DNA of 64,000 nt from Pseudomonadota bacterium (GTDB taxonomy: Bacteria; Pseudomonadota; Alphaproteobacteria; Caulobacterales; Hyphomonadaceae). Numbering within the stretch: position 1 is the first letter of the stretch; each line of letters opens with the position of its first letter. This document shows, in pieces, positions 37,083 to 47,185 of the stretch. Where the stretch lies: NCBI GenBank assembly GCA_039196965.1, contig JBCCUK010000014.1, positions 13,227 through 77,226 on the forward strand, read 5' to 3'. The position numbers were made by a program, and so were the translations under genes. Under the pieces are notes generated by a model that did no database searches, had not been told where the DNA came from, and was given only the letters and a program-made list of their open reading frames with translations.

Positions 37083-38362
37083 ATCGTTTCCTAGCATTTC
37101 TTCTGCCGGTCATAATTGTTGCCGTTCTCGGCTTCGGTGGAACCGCAGCGCTGGACGCGCTGAAACCTGAACCGGAAACTGCGAGCGAGCCGCCCCAGGC
37201 ATTGTCAGTTTTTGCAGAGCGGGCAGAAAAGCGGGATCTGAGCTTGATTGTCGAGGCGCAGGGCGAAGTGCGCCCTCGCAGCGAAATCGATGTGACACCG
37301 CAGGTCCAGGGACGGATCGCCTTCGTGTCGGACAAGTTCTTGGATGGCGGTTTCGTATCCAAGGGTCAGGTGCTGATCCGCCTCGACGCTGCCGACTACG
37401 AACTTGGCGTTATCCGGGCCAAGGCGAGCGTTGCCACAGCGCAGCAGGCGCTCGCCCGCGAAGAGGCCGAGGCCGCCCTCGCCATTCGGGACATTGAGGA
37501 CCTTGGTATTAACGAGACAAGTCCCCTTGCCCGCCGCGAACCGCAGCTTGCTGAAGCACAGGCGGCGCTGGACTCCGCCTACGCGCAGCTGAGCGATGCC
37601 AACCTTGCACTTGAGCGGACGGCCATTCGGTCACCATTCAACGGACGTGTTCGCCAACGCGGTGTGGATGTCGGGCAGTTCGTGTCCCCAGGCCAGTCAC
37701 TCGGCCGCGTCTTCTCAACGAATATAGTGGAAGTCGCCCTTCCGCTGACGGATTCTCAACTGGGTCAGCTCAGCCTTCCACTGGCTTTCGCTGAAACGGC
37801 CGATCGGCCCGGACCGATCGTGACCTTTGAGGCAAACGTCGCCGGCAAGGCGCGCAACTGGCAGGGGCGCATCACACGAACCGCTGCTGCTGTAAACAGT
37901 CAATCACGTCTGATCAACGTATTCGGCGAAGTCGAAGACCCTTATGGCGAAGGTGCAGATGGCGATGCGCCTATGGCACCAGGCTTGTTTGTTACCGCCC
38001 AGATCAATGGCGATACTGTGGAGGACATTACATGGGCACCACGCGCGGCGCTGCACGGAAATAACAGACTCTACATCGGAAACCTCGAAGAAGGCATACT
38101 CTCCATCCGGACAATTGAGGTTGTGTATAGCGACGAAAGTGGAGTTTACTTCCGGGGTGGCGCTGAGCCGGGTGAACTGGCAATTGTCTCTCCTATACAA
38201 GCGGCCTTTGACGGCATGCGACTGCGGATAAGGGAACGCCTGCCCGACGGGACGATCGCCCCCTTTGTCGAACCGGTTGCCTATAGCGGTGGCGGGTCAG
38301 CAAATTCATCGACCACCCAGGCTAATCTCACGACAGCTGACGTGAATGGAGTGTCTCAATGA
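37079..38362 (+). CDS. RND efflux periplasmic adaptor (membrane fusion protein)
   Basis: N-terminal anchor, coiled-coil hairpin (AQQALAREEAEAA...AQAALDSAYAQL) and beta-barrel domains. ATGA overlaps on both sides. Confidence 0.85.
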   Translation: MNRFLAFLLPVIIVAVLGFGGTAALDALKPEPETASEPPQALSVFAERAEKRDLSLIVEAQGEVRPRSEIDVTPQVQGRIAFVSDKFLDGGFVSKGQVLIRLDAADYELGVIRAKASVATAQQALAREEAEAALAIRDIEDLGINETSPLARREPQLAEAQAALDSAYAQLSDANLALERTAIRSPFNGRVRQRGVDVGQFVSPGQSLGRVFSTNIVEVALPLTDSQLGQLSLPLAFAETADRPGPIVTFEANVAGKARNWQGRITRTAAAVNSQSRLINVFGEVEDPYGEGADGDAPMAPGLFVTAQINGDTVEDITWAPRAALHGNNRLYIGNLEEGILSIRTIEVVYSDESGVYFRGGAEPGELAIVSPIQAAFDGMRLRIRERLPDGTIAPFVEPVAYSGGGSANSSTTQANLTTADVNGVSQ

Positions 38363-41300
38363 AAGGCATTGTTGCCTGGTTCGCGCGAAACGCCGTTGCT
38401 GCCAATCTGATCATGATTGTCGCCTTCGTTGGCGGAACGATGTCCTACCTGAACATGGAGCGGGAGTTCTTTCCAACAACCCTGGTGAACGGTGCTGCCG
38501 TGACCATGGTCTGGGATGGTGCCTCGCCTCAAGACATTGAAGAGCAATTGATGGCGCGGATAGAAGAGTCGATCGCCGATATCGATGGGCTCAAGCGGAT
38601 TACCAGTGCTTCCGCGGAAGGTGGCGGAGAAGTCTTTATTGAGGCTGAGAACACCACGGATATGACCCGCTTCGTAAATGAAGTGGACCGCAGGGTGGAT
38701 CAGATCGACAACTTCCCGGCAGGCGCGGAGCGCCCCCGCGTCCGCCAGCTTGAAGCTCAGAACTGGTTCTTCGGCATGGCCATTCACGGCGATGTCGACA
38801 GGCGTACACTCAAGAGGTGGACCGAAAAGGTTCGCGATGACATCGCCTTATTGCCAGGCGGACAAAGGGCGGTGGTGCGCGGCGTGCTCGACGAGGAAGT
38901 GGCGATCGAAGTCACGGAAAACAATCTACGCCGCTACAATCTGACCTTTGCCGATGTGGCAGACGCCGTTCGCAACACATCGATTAACTCCTCCGGTGGC
39001 CGGGTAAGGACAAGCACCGGGGATGTTAGTCTGCAGACGCGGCAGCTTGCCGACACCGCAGAAGAGTTCGGTAATATTATCATTTCGCAGACAATTGATG
39101 GCGGCACGATCAGGATCAGCGATGTCGGATCAGTCATCGACGGCTTCGTCGATGAAAGCCTTGAAGCAACTTTCAATGGCGAGCCAACAGCGTTTGTCTT
39201 CGTTATCCAGCCTGAAGTGATGGACATCGTCAATTTCTCCGACGGCTTCCAGGATTACATCAAAAACTCCCACAAAGTGCTGCCGGAAGCGCTCTCAATA
39301 GACATATTGTGGACGGACGCAGATCCTTTTGAGGATCGCATGGATACAATCACCTCTTCAGCGCTGATCGGAGCGACGCTCGTTTTGCTGGTGCTGATCC
39401 TGTTCCTTCGCCCGATTGTGGCGTTCTGGGTCACCATCGGCATTATTACGGCATTCGCTGGTGGCACGATGCTCCTCCCCTTCTTCGGGGTGACCTTCAA
39501 TCTCCTGTCGCTCTTCGCGGTGCTTTTGGTGATTGGGGTAATTGTCGACGACGCCATTATTATCGGTGAGAATATTCACAAAGAGGTCGAAACCGGTAGA
39601 AATTCAGGACTCAACGCCGCCATCGTCGGTGCTCAATCGGTCATGAAACCGGTGATATTCGGTGTTCTGACCACGATCATCGCGTTCCTGCCCTGGGCGT
39701 TTCTCTCGGGACCGGAAAAGAACTTCACTGAGCAAATCAGCTATGTGGTGATTGCGGCTCTGATCTTCTCACTGATCGAATGTCTGCTAATCCTGCCGGC
39801 ACACCTCGCTCACATGAAGCCCCAGACCTATACCGGTTTCAGCGGCCGTTTGATCAAGGTTCAGAGGCGGATCGCCGACAGCCTGCTTTGGGTCGCCAAT
39901 CATTTCTACAAGCCAATCCTCGAGGCAGCGATCCGGTTCCGCTATGCCACGATTACCCTGTTTATGGTGCTGTTTTATCTCGCCATGCAGCTCCTCTCGA
40001 CCGGGATCGTGCCTTTCCGGCTGATGCCGCAGATCGAAGGCGACCTGGTGATTGTGAACATCAATATGCCTAATGGCACACCGGAAGAGCGTCTGCTTCA
40101 GGTGCGCGACCAATTCGAAGCCGGTGTGATCGAAGCGGCCGACGAGCTTGCACGTAAGTATCCCGGTCTACCGAATGGTTTTGTGATCGGAAGATCGGTA
40201 ATTGCGAGCGGCACCCAGGTCGAAGCCTTCATTTCCATGGTACCGCCGGAAGAACGCCCGGAAACCGCGTCAGTAAAAGATGCATCCGACCTGATGCGGG
40301 AAAAGGTCGGACCGATACCTGATGCCGAGGACATTTCTTTTGATTTCACAATCAATGAAGAAGATACGCGTATTCAGTTTGCCTTGAACCATCCGGACCT
40401 TGATCTGTTGCGGGAGGCCGCAGGGGCAGTCAAAGATGAGTTTGCGACCTATTCCACGCTGTACGATGTTGGGGATAATCTTACCTCCGCCGCCGAGGAG
40501 GTTCGTGTCACCCTAAAGCCAGGCGCACAATCACTCGGCCTCACAATGAGTGATGTGTCAGGCCAGATCCGCCAAGCCTATTATGGCATCGAAACCATGC
40601 GGTTGCCGCGCGACGGTGAGGATGCCCTCGTGATTGTGCGACTATCCGAAGAAGACCGAAGCAATATCGACTCGCTGCGCAATCTTCGGATCAGGACATC
40701 AGACCGCCGGGAAATCCCGTTAACCCAGGTTGCAGACCTCGAATTTGCACCTGGTATAAATAGCATCATGCGGCGTGAGCGAATCCGATCCGTCACCGTC
40801 TTTGCAGAAGTTGTCGGCGATGCCCGTGGTCAGATCATTGAAGACATGAACCAGAATTTCTGGCCGCAATTCGAGGAACGGTTCCCGGGTGTCACGCGCG
40901 GAAATGTCGGAGACTTCGAACAACAGCAGGAATTCCTGGGAGAACTGGTCCAATTGGCCGGGATCGCACTCGGAGCTATGTATGTTATCCTGGCGATTGC
41001 ATTCCGCTCCTATGCTCAGCCTTTCCTCTTGATGACGGCCATTCCGTTTGCCTTTGCCGGCGCAATTTATGGTCACCTCCTGTTCGGCGTGCCCCTCGCC
41101 CTCTTCTCAGTGTTCGGTATCGCTGCGGCAGCCGGGGTAGTTATCAATGACAACCTCGTACTCGTCGATTATGTGAATAAGCGACGAAGCGAAGGTGTGG
41201 GCGCGGTGCAGGCCCTCGTCGATGCCGGTGTCTCCCGGTTCCGGCCGATCCTTCTGACGTCTGTCACCACTTTTGTCGGCATTCTGCCACTTATCGCCGA

Positions 41301-41553
41301 ACGATCGATTGGCGCGCAATTCCTGCGGCCGATGGTGATCTCCCTTGGCTGCGCAGTGATCTTCGCGCTGTTCGTCTCCCTGCTTATGGTCCCCGCATTG
41401 TATGCTGTCGGCACTGAAATCGGCCGCATCTTCCGCTGGACCTGGAGTGGACGCCCTTACCGCTCTATCGGTGAGTCCTATGATGGCGAGGCCCACGACG
41501 ATAATATTACCGACGTGCACGGTGACCTTGGCGACATACAACCGGCTGAGTAA
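38359..41553 (+). CDS. RND efflux permease (AcrB/AcrD/AcrF family)
   Basis: 1064 aa with a 12-TM RND architecture and two large periplasmic loops; conserved VIGVIVDDAIIIGENI motif. Confidence 0.9.
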   Translation: MKGIVAWFARNAVAANLIMIVAFVGGTMSYLNMEREFFPTTLVNGAAVTMVWDGASPQDIEEQLMARIEESIADIDGLKRITSASAEGGGEVFIEAENTTDMTRFVNEVDRRVDQIDNFPAGAERPRVRQLEAQNWFFGMAIHGDVDRRTLKRWTEKVRDDIALLPGGQRAVVRGVLDEEVAIEVTENNLRRYNLTFADVADAVRNTSINSSGGRVRTSTGDVSLQTRQLADTAEEFGNIIISQTIDGGTIRISDVGSVIDGFVDESLEATFNGEPTAFVFVIQPEVMDIVNFSDGFQDYIKNSHKVLPEALSIDILWTDADPFEDRMDTITSSALIGATLVLLVLILFLRPIVAFWVTIGIITAFAGGTMLLPFFGVTFNLLSLFAVLLVIGVIVDDAIIIGENIHKEVETGRNSGLNAAIVGAQSVMKPVIFGVLTTIIAFLPWAFLSGPEKNFTEQISYVVIAALIFSLIECLLILPAHLAHMKPQTYTGFSGRLIKVQRRIADSLLWVANHFYKPILEAAIRFRYATITLFMVLFYLAMQLLSTGIVPFRLMPQIEGDLVIVNINMPNGTPEERLLQVRDQFEAGVIEAADELARKYPGLPNGFVIGRSVIASGTQVEAFISMVPPEERPETASVKDASDLMREKVGPIPDAEDISFDFTINEEDTRIQFALNHPDLDLLREAAGAVKDEFATYSTLYDVGDNLTSAAEEVRVTLKPGAQSLGLTMSDVSGQIRQAYYGIETMRLPRDGEDALVIVRLSEEDRSNIDSLRNLRIRTSDRREIPLTQVADLEFAPGINSIMRRERIRSVTVFAEVVGDARGQIIEDMNQNFWPQFEERFPGVTRGNVGDFEQQQEFLGELVQLAGIALGAMYVILAIAFRSYAQPFLLMTAIPFAFAGAIYGHLLFGVPLALFSVFGIAAAAGVVINDNLVLVDYVNKRRSEGVGAVQALVDAGVSRFRPILLTSVTTFVGILPLIAERSIGAQFLRPMVISLGCAVIFALFVSLLMVPALYAVGTEIGRIFRWTWSGRPYRSIGESYDGEAHDDNITDVHGDLGDIQPAE

Positions 41554-41636
41554 TATTTCGTCTCAAACCGGTCCGGGCAGGTAAGCGTACCTAGACTGGT
41601 ATAAGGCAGGTAAACTGCCTGGTGAGAGGATGTACT

Positions 41637-43832
41637 ATGAAGCACCTGGTTTTTACAGCGAGTGCCCTCGCTCTATTCACAGCCTGCTCGCCGGACGGTA
41701 GCGGTGCAGGGTCCCTGAATGCCGCCAGCGCCGAAACGGCAGATGCCCCTAGCCCCTTTGTCCCCCGCCCAATCAAAACAACCGGCCGGGACGATTGGGG
41801 AAGCTTTGGGCTTGATCTTGCCTCGGTAAAGGAGGCTGTCCATCCGGGCGATAACTTCTTTGAGTATGTCAATGGCAAATGGCTGGACACGTTCGAGATG
41901 CCAGCGGACGATTCCCGCTATGGCTCGTTCTCGATCCTGCGGGAAAAGTCAGAACAGCGCGTCCGAAATATTGTTGATGAACTCGCCTCCTATTCGCCGC
42001 CATCGGAAACACTGGAAGGCAAGATCGCTGCGATCTACAGCGCGTTCATGGACATTGAAGCCATTGAAGCGTCAGGAATGGCAGCCGCCCAACCCTATCT
42101 CGACCGGATCGCCGCAGCTTCCGGCCATGAAGATATCGCCGCCCTATTCGGGAGCCCCGGCTTTTCCTCGCCCATTGGGGGCTACGTCAACATCGATCCG
42201 AAAAATCCGGATACCTACATATTCCAGATCACACAATCGGGGCTCGGCCTGCCCGACCGCGAATACTATCTTGCGGATTCAAAGCGCAATGAGGATCTGC
42301 TCGCAGCTTATCGCAACTACCTCACCATTCTCCTCTCAGAAGCAGGTTATGAAGATGTCGGGGAAGTTGCCGACGGCATCATTGCTCTCGAGACCCGCAT
42401 TGCGGCTGAGCACTGGGACAGGACGGTCAGCCGTGACCGCAACCTCACCTATAACAAGCTGAGCCGCGACGAACTGCTCGCCTCGGGAGCAGGGTTCCCT
42501 GTGGACGCCATGATCCGGGCGATTGGTCTTGATGATCAGAAGGCCTTCCTCGCCCGCCAGGTCACCCCGACCGCGGATGAAATTGCCGAGTACGGGTTGA
42601 GCGAAGAACAACTTGCAAAACTCGGAGGAGGCATTTCGGGTCTGTTTCAGGTCGCAGCGGAAACGGACATCGATACGTGGAAAGCCTATCTTACGGCGCA
42701 CTTCCTGAGTGACCATGCCGATGTCCTCCCCGGCACCATCGATACGGCCACCTTTGAGCTCTATGGCCGAACCCTCAGAGGTCTGGAAAAGCAGAGAGAA
42801 CGCTGGCGGCGCGGCGTTAGTGCCGTGGAGACCGCGATTGGTGAGGGCGTCGGTCAGATCTATGCCGAACGCTACTTCCCTCAGGCCTCAAAGGACGAGA
42901 TGGACAAACTCGTCGCCAATCTGCGGGTGGCTATGGCTGCCAATCTAAATAGCATCAGCTGGATGGGCGAGGACACGAAAGTCGAGGCGCGTGACAAGCT
43001 GGCGAAGTTCACGCCCAAGATAGGATATACGGAAAAGTTCGAGACCTATGACACCCTTCGCGTGGGGGACACGGCGCTCGACAACAAGTTCATGACCAAT
43101 GCTTGGGCATTCAGGGACAATCTGTCGAAGCTCGGCCAGCCGATAGACAGAACCGAATGGTTTATGACCCCGCAAACGGTCAATGCCTATTATTCCCCCC
43201 AGAGAAATGAGATCGTTTTTCCGGCGGCAATTCTGCAACCTCCCTTCTTCAATATCGCGGCTGACCCGGCTGTGAATTACGGGGCGATTGGCGGGGTCAT
43301 AGGCCATGAAATGGGGCACGGCTTTGACGATCAGGGATCGAAATCTGACGGCGATGGCGTCTTGCGTGACTGGTGGTCGGAAACGGACCGACAGAATTTC
43401 GAAGCCCTGACCGGCAGCCTTGCAAGTCAGTATGACGGTTTCTGTCCGCTCGATGAAGGAGATACCTGCGTCAATGGTCGCCTCGGTCTCGGTGAGAATA
43501 TCGGCGATGTCAGCGGGCTGTCCATGTCCTATCGGGCCTACAAGATCAGTCTCGACACGGACGGAGACGGAAATATCAGCGCCGACGAAGAAGCACCGGT
43601 GCTTGGCGGCTTGACCGGCGACCAGCGCTTCTTCATGGCCTGGGCACAGGTCTGGCGGAATCTCTATCGCGAGGAAGCCCTGCGCCAGCAGCTTATCCGC
43701 GGACCGCATTCACCGCCGCGATATCGCGTGAACGGCGTCGTTCGCAATTTCGATGAATGGTATGAAGCCTTTGGCGTAACCCAAGAGCATGAGCTCTATC
43801 TCCCGCCGGAGGAGCGCATTCGGATCTGGTAG
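41637..43832 (+). CDS. M13-family zinc metallopeptidase (PepO/endothelin-converting-enzyme-like) lipoprotein
   Basis: HEMGHGFD zinc motif, GENIGD, and NAYY motif. Lipobox LFTAC after trimming to MKHLVF (GAGAGG upstream). Confidence 0.9.
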   Translation: MKHLVFTASALALFTACSPDGSGAGSLNAASAETADAPSPFVPRPIKTTGRDDWGSFGLDLASVKEAVHPGDNFFEYVNGKWLDTFEMPADDSRYGSFSILREKSEQRVRNIVDELASYSPPSETLEGKIAAIYSAFMDIEAIEASGMAAAQPYLDRIAAASGHEDIAALFGSPGFSSPIGGYVNIDPKNPDTYIFQITQSGLGLPDREYYLADSKRNEDLLAAYRNYLTILLSEAGYEDVGEVADGIIALETRIAAEHWDRTVSRDRNLTYNKLSRDELLASGAGFPVDAMIRAIGLDDQKAFLARQVTPTADEIAEYGLSEEQLAKLGGGISGLFQVAAETDIDTWKAYLTAHFLSDHADVLPGTIDTATFELYGRTLRGLEKQRERWRRGVSAVETAIGEGVGQIYAERYFPQASKDEMDKLVANLRVAMAANLNSISWMGEDTKVEARDKLAKFTPKIGYTEKFETYDTLRVGDTALDNKFMTNAWAFRDNLSKLGQPIDRTEWFMTPQTVNAYYSPQRNEIVFPAAILQPPFFNIAADPAVNYGAIGGVIGHEMGHGFDDQGSKSDGDGVLRDWWSETDRQNFEALTGSLASQYDGFCPLDEGDTCVNGRLGLGENIGDVSGLSMSYRAYKISLDTDGDGNISADEEAPVLGGLTGDQRFFMAWAQVWRNLYREEALRQQLIRGPHSPPRYRVNGVVRNFDEWYEAFGVTQEHELYLPPEERIRIW

Positions 43833-43865
43833 GGGCAACGACACTCTACCAAGATACAGGAAGGT

Positions 43866-43896
43866 GGGGCGGCCCCATTTGGGACCGCCCCTTTTG
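43866..43896 (+). terminator. rho-independent terminator of the M13 peptidase gene
   Basis: GGGGCGG (43866-43872) pairs with CCGCCCC (43885-43891), followed by TTTT. Lies between convergent genes. Confidence 0.75.
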
Positions 43897-43906
43897 CAAG
43901 CTGGTT

Positions 43907-44968
43907 CTAACCTCCACCGGCAAGCCGGGTCCGCCAGTCTGGCCACGGTGGATAGTTCACCGGACCGCAGGTCTTGCAGACATGGCGGTGAAGCCGATCC
44001 TGCAAACCCTTCAGCCCCGTACCGACCCGAACGCCCGCTGCGCGAAGATCGCCAGCAATCTCCCGAAGCAGATTGACCGGCAATTGCTCGTTGCGGGCGA
44101 GATTGGCCTCGCCGAGCATCCAGCCACGGGCATCCCGCTCAATCGACAAAACCACTCTGGGCTTTGTGTCTGCGAGAAAGACCGCGGTGGAACCGCTTGC
44201 GATATCGGCATCGTAGTCACGCAGGCAGTTCTGGAAGGACAATGCAACATCCTTCAGCTGCTTGCGCGACACCATGCGTTGGAAACGCGAGGTCGGAAGC
44301 TCCGGTGGAGCCACATATGGCGCAAACTTGTCGGGCACCAGAGCATCGGAAAGACGCTCCATGGCGGTGACCGGCGAATTCGCCCTATCCATACGCTCGG
44401 CAAGCGCAGCGACGAAGACCTCCCCTTCATAGAGGAGGAGGATTTCCACCGTCTCAGCCACATCTTCAGCCGTTCCAATATTCGGAATGGCCTCGATGAG
44501 TTTCGGCTTCAACATGACGTCCGGCAGCGCATTTGCAACCTGCACGAAGTCAACGTCGAAAATCTGCCGATGGCGGATCAGCTTGGTCATGCCCTCACGG
44601 CGGACCAGACGCAGGAGACCGGCATAGTCCTGCCGCAACCAGAGCGTTTCCCCGGCACGAGACAGAATTTTCATCAAACCGGCGCTGCCATTTGGCAATA
44701 CCGGATCGGCAACGATGCCATCCCGGTCAAACGTCACGCGCTCGGCGATCCGATCGGCCATTGCCGCGGTCAGCGGCAGATTGGCATCGATCAGCATCGC
44801 CGCAAGATGGCGGCGCGCTGCAGGCAGGGCAAAGAAGCCATGGTGCGGCGCGGGCCAGATCGCAGCGATCTCCGGCGCATAGCCTTTCGCCAAATGAACC
44901 AGCAAGGGTGTTGGGGTCAGCTGCGCCGTCATCTCGCGCAGTGCTTTCCCCGTCATAGGCAAGCCCAT
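43907..44968 (-). CDS. hypothetical protein (orphan; C-terminal HxHxCxxC knuckle)
   Basis: 353-aa ORF with normal GC and coding-like composition. No family recognised with confidence. C-terminus is HRHVCKTCGPVNYPPWPDW. Confidence 0.55.
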   Translation of the reverse strand: MGLPMTGKALREMTAQLTPTPLLVHLAKGYAPEIAAIWPAPHHGFFALPAARRHLAAMLIDANLPLTAAMADRIAERVTFDRDGIVADPVLPNGSAGLMKILSRAGETLWLRQDYAGLLRLVRREGMTKLIRHRQIFDVDFVQVANALPDVMLKPKLIEAIPNIGTAEDVAETVEILLLYEGEVFVAALAERMDRANSPVTAMERLSDALVPDKFAPYVAPPELPTSRFQRMVSRKQLKDVALSFQNCLRDYDADIASGSTAVFLADTKPRVVLSIERDARGWMLGEANLARNEQLPVNLLREIAGDLRAAGVRVGTGLKGLQDRLHRHVCKTCGPVNYPPWPDWRTRLAGGG

Positions 44969-45300
44969 GACAGCCTCCTCTCTAAAGGAGTTACCAAATT
45001 GGGTTAGGCTGGCCTGCCCACGGCAACGGCGCGCAGGTAGCCAGCTTGACTCCCCGCATCTTGCGAGGAGCAGATCTGTAAGTTGTCAGTCCGCTTCATC
45101 TCGTCTCTCTTTGCCTTGCCCAAACGCTAACTGCGTTTGACAGGACCGCGCCTATCCCTCTTTAGGCCTGTCTTTGTCAAGACTATTCTCGGCAGAAAAT
45201 AGAGATGCGGTTCCCGCATTGGGAGAATTTCATTTGTCAAACAAGGTAATGTCCTGTTGGATAAATGCCCTGTGATAAATCCAGAATGGGGAGACGCATC

Positions 45301-45522
45301 ATGGCAGTAATGAAATCCGAACAGATCATGGCGGAGTCAAAGAAGTCCTTCGAAGATGCCATTCAGATCGCGGTAACACGCTTTTCTAAAACCGTCCGCG
45401 GATTGAAGTCCGCCAATGTCAACAATATGTCGACGGTCATCAAGAATGGCAAAGTGTCAGCCTACCGCGTAAACCTGCAAATGACCTTTGAGGTGGCCGA
45501 ACCGAAGACAAAGAAAAAGTAG
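45301..45522 (+). CDS. dodecin-family flavin-binding protein
   Basis: About 73 aa; SFEDAIQIAVTRFSKTVRGLKS...GKVSAYRVNLQMTFEV matches the dodecin pattern. GGGGA upstream of the ATG at 45301. Confidence 0.6.
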   Translation: MAVMKSEQIMAESKKSFEDAIQIAVTRFSKTVRGLKSANVNNMSTVIKNGKVSAYRVNLQMTFEVAEPKTKKK

Positions 45523-45525
45523 GAT

Positions 45526-45894
45526 ATGGCGAAGGCGAAAACGCCTGAAGCATGGTTTGAGGCGTTGGAGCCAGATGTTGCTCCAATCGCCGTGTCACTT
45601 CGCAAAGCCCTCAATGAGGCAGGACCGGACCTGTCACTGAAGCTCGCCTGGGGTTTCCCCTGCTGGGTCGGCCATGAGCGGATCTTTTCAGTGATCGCCC
45701 ATACGGATCGCTGCAATCTGCAATTATGGTCTGGCAACCGCCTCGCAGACGACTTTCCAAACCGTATTGAAGGCACCGGCAAACAGCTTCGCCATGTGAA
45801 AGTCGGTTCGGTTGATCAGATCGACGATGAATTGCTCTCCATTGTCGACAAAGCCATAGAGCTTGACCGCGTATCCCCCGAAAAAGTGCGGTAA
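45526..45894 (+). CDS. DUF1801 (YdhG-like) domain protein
   Basis: 122 aa; the pattern PEAWFEAL...LRKALNEAGPDLSLKLAWGFPCW is typical of DUF1801. Confidence 0.6.
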   Translation: MAKAKTPEAWFEALEPDVAPIAVSLRKALNEAGPDLSLKLAWGFPCWVGHERIFSVIAHTDRCNLQLWSGNRLADDFPNRIEGTGKQLRHVKVGSVDQIDDELLSIVDKAIELDRVSPEKVR

Positions 45895-45998
45895 TCGCCG
45901 CCTGGTGGTAGGGATAAGTTGAAGTACCTCTTGACGTTCTCGGATGGAGGACGGCATCTGTACACTGCATTTGGCAGTACTTTCTGAGGAGCATCCCC

Positions 45999-47180
45999 AT
46001 GGCAGAAACTGATCCCGTCGTTATTGTTGGTATGGCGCGCACACCAATGGGTGGCTTGCTTGGCGAATTGTCGACTTTTTCAGCGAATGAACTTGGGTCT
46101 ATCGCTGTGAAAGCAGCCGTCGACGAGGCCAAACTCGGCGCAGAGGATGCTGACGAAATCATCATGGGTAACTGTCTGCCGGCTGGTCAGGGTCAGGCAC
46201 CAGCACGTCAGGCGGGTTTCAAGGCTGGCCAGGATAAGGGCCTTGAAGCGACAACCATCAACAAGATGTGCGGTTCCGGCATGCAGGCCGCTGTGATGGG
46301 ACGTAATTCAATTCTCGCGGGCGAAGCGGACATCGTTATCGCCGGCGGAATGGAGTCGATGACCAATGCGCCGCATCTGATGGATGTCCGCAAGGGCCAC
46401 AAATACGGCACGATGAAGTCTGAAGATCACATGGCGCTTGATGGCCTCACCGATGCCTATGCCCACGGACCCATGGGCGCTTTTGCAGATATGATCGCTG
46501 GAGAATATCAATTCACCCGCGAGCAGCAGGATGCCTACGCGTTGGAAACCCTCTCCCGGGCTCAAAAGGCCACAGAAGATGGCAAATTCAAGCGTGAAAT
46601 CGCGCCGGTGACGGTAAAATCCCGCAAGGGTGAGAGCGTTGTCGAAACTGACGAACTTCCCCGCACAGCACGACCAGACAAGATCCCGCAACTGCGCCCT
46701 GCCTTCAATAAGGATGGCTCGGTAACAGCCGCAAATGCCTCGGCAATTTCCGACGGCGCAGCTGCGGTTGTTCTGATGAAGCAGTCTGAAGCTGAAAAGC
46801 GCGGGCTCTCTCCAATTGCGAAAATCGTGGCCACATCCTCCCACGCCCATGAGCCGGAATACTTCACCACAGCTCCTGTGCCTGCGATGAAGAAGACGCT
46901 GGAAAAAGCAGGCTGGGACGTCAACGATGTCGACCTCTGGGAGGTGAATGAAGCCTTTGCGGTCGTTCCAATGATCGCGATGAAAGAACTTGGCATTTCC
47001 CACGATAAGCTGAACGTCAATGGCGGCGCGTGCGCCATGGGTCACCCGATCGGTGCCTCCGGCGCGCGCGTTCTGATCACACTGCTTGCGGCTATGGAAG
47101 ACCGCGATGTGAAGAAGGGCGTTGCCTCGCTATGTATCGGCGGCGGTGAAGGCATCGCCATGGCAGTGGAACGGGCATAG
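45999..47180 (+). CDS. acetyl-CoA C-acetyltransferase (thiolase II)
   Basis: Active-site region NKMCGSGMQA, C-terminal NVNGGACAMGHPIGASGAR and CIGGGEG motifs; 393 aa. Confidence 0.9.
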   Translation: MAETDPVVIVGMARTPMGGLLGELSTFSANELGSIAVKAAVDEAKLGAEDADEIIMGNCLPAGQGQAPARQAGFKAGQDKGLEATTINKMCGSGMQAAVMGRNSILAGEADIVIAGGMESMTNAPHLMDVRKGHKYGTMKSEDHMALDGLTDAYAHGPMGAFADMIAGEYQFTREQQDAYALETLSRAQKATEDGKFKREIAPVTVKSRKGESVVETDELPRTARPDKIPQLRPAFNKDGSVTAANASAISDGAAAVVLMKQSEAEKRGLSPIAKIVATSSHAHEPEYFTTAPVPAMKKTLEKAGWDVNDVDLWEVNEAFAVVPMIAMKELGISHDKLNVNGGACAMGHPIGASGARVLITLLAAMEDRDVKKGVASLCIGGGEGIAMAVERA

Positions 47181-47185
47181 CCAGT

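Noticed and set aside
43982-45007. 341-aa plus-strand ORF antisense to the 353-aa hypothetical gene. Similar long antisense ORFs include 33979-34728, 46308-47045, 52376-53128, 9858-10385, 20374-20901 and 21010-21612.
   Set aside because: They are Arg/Pro/Gly/Ser-rich with no motifs, and each lies fully opposite a gene with clear family motifs or better coding character. These are typical shadow ORFs of high-GC DNA.
44969-45300. Possible FMN riboswitch upstream of the flavin-binding dodecin gene.
   Set aside because: None of the conserved RFN-element core sequences are present. Only short repeats and a small hairpin were seen, and these are reported separately.
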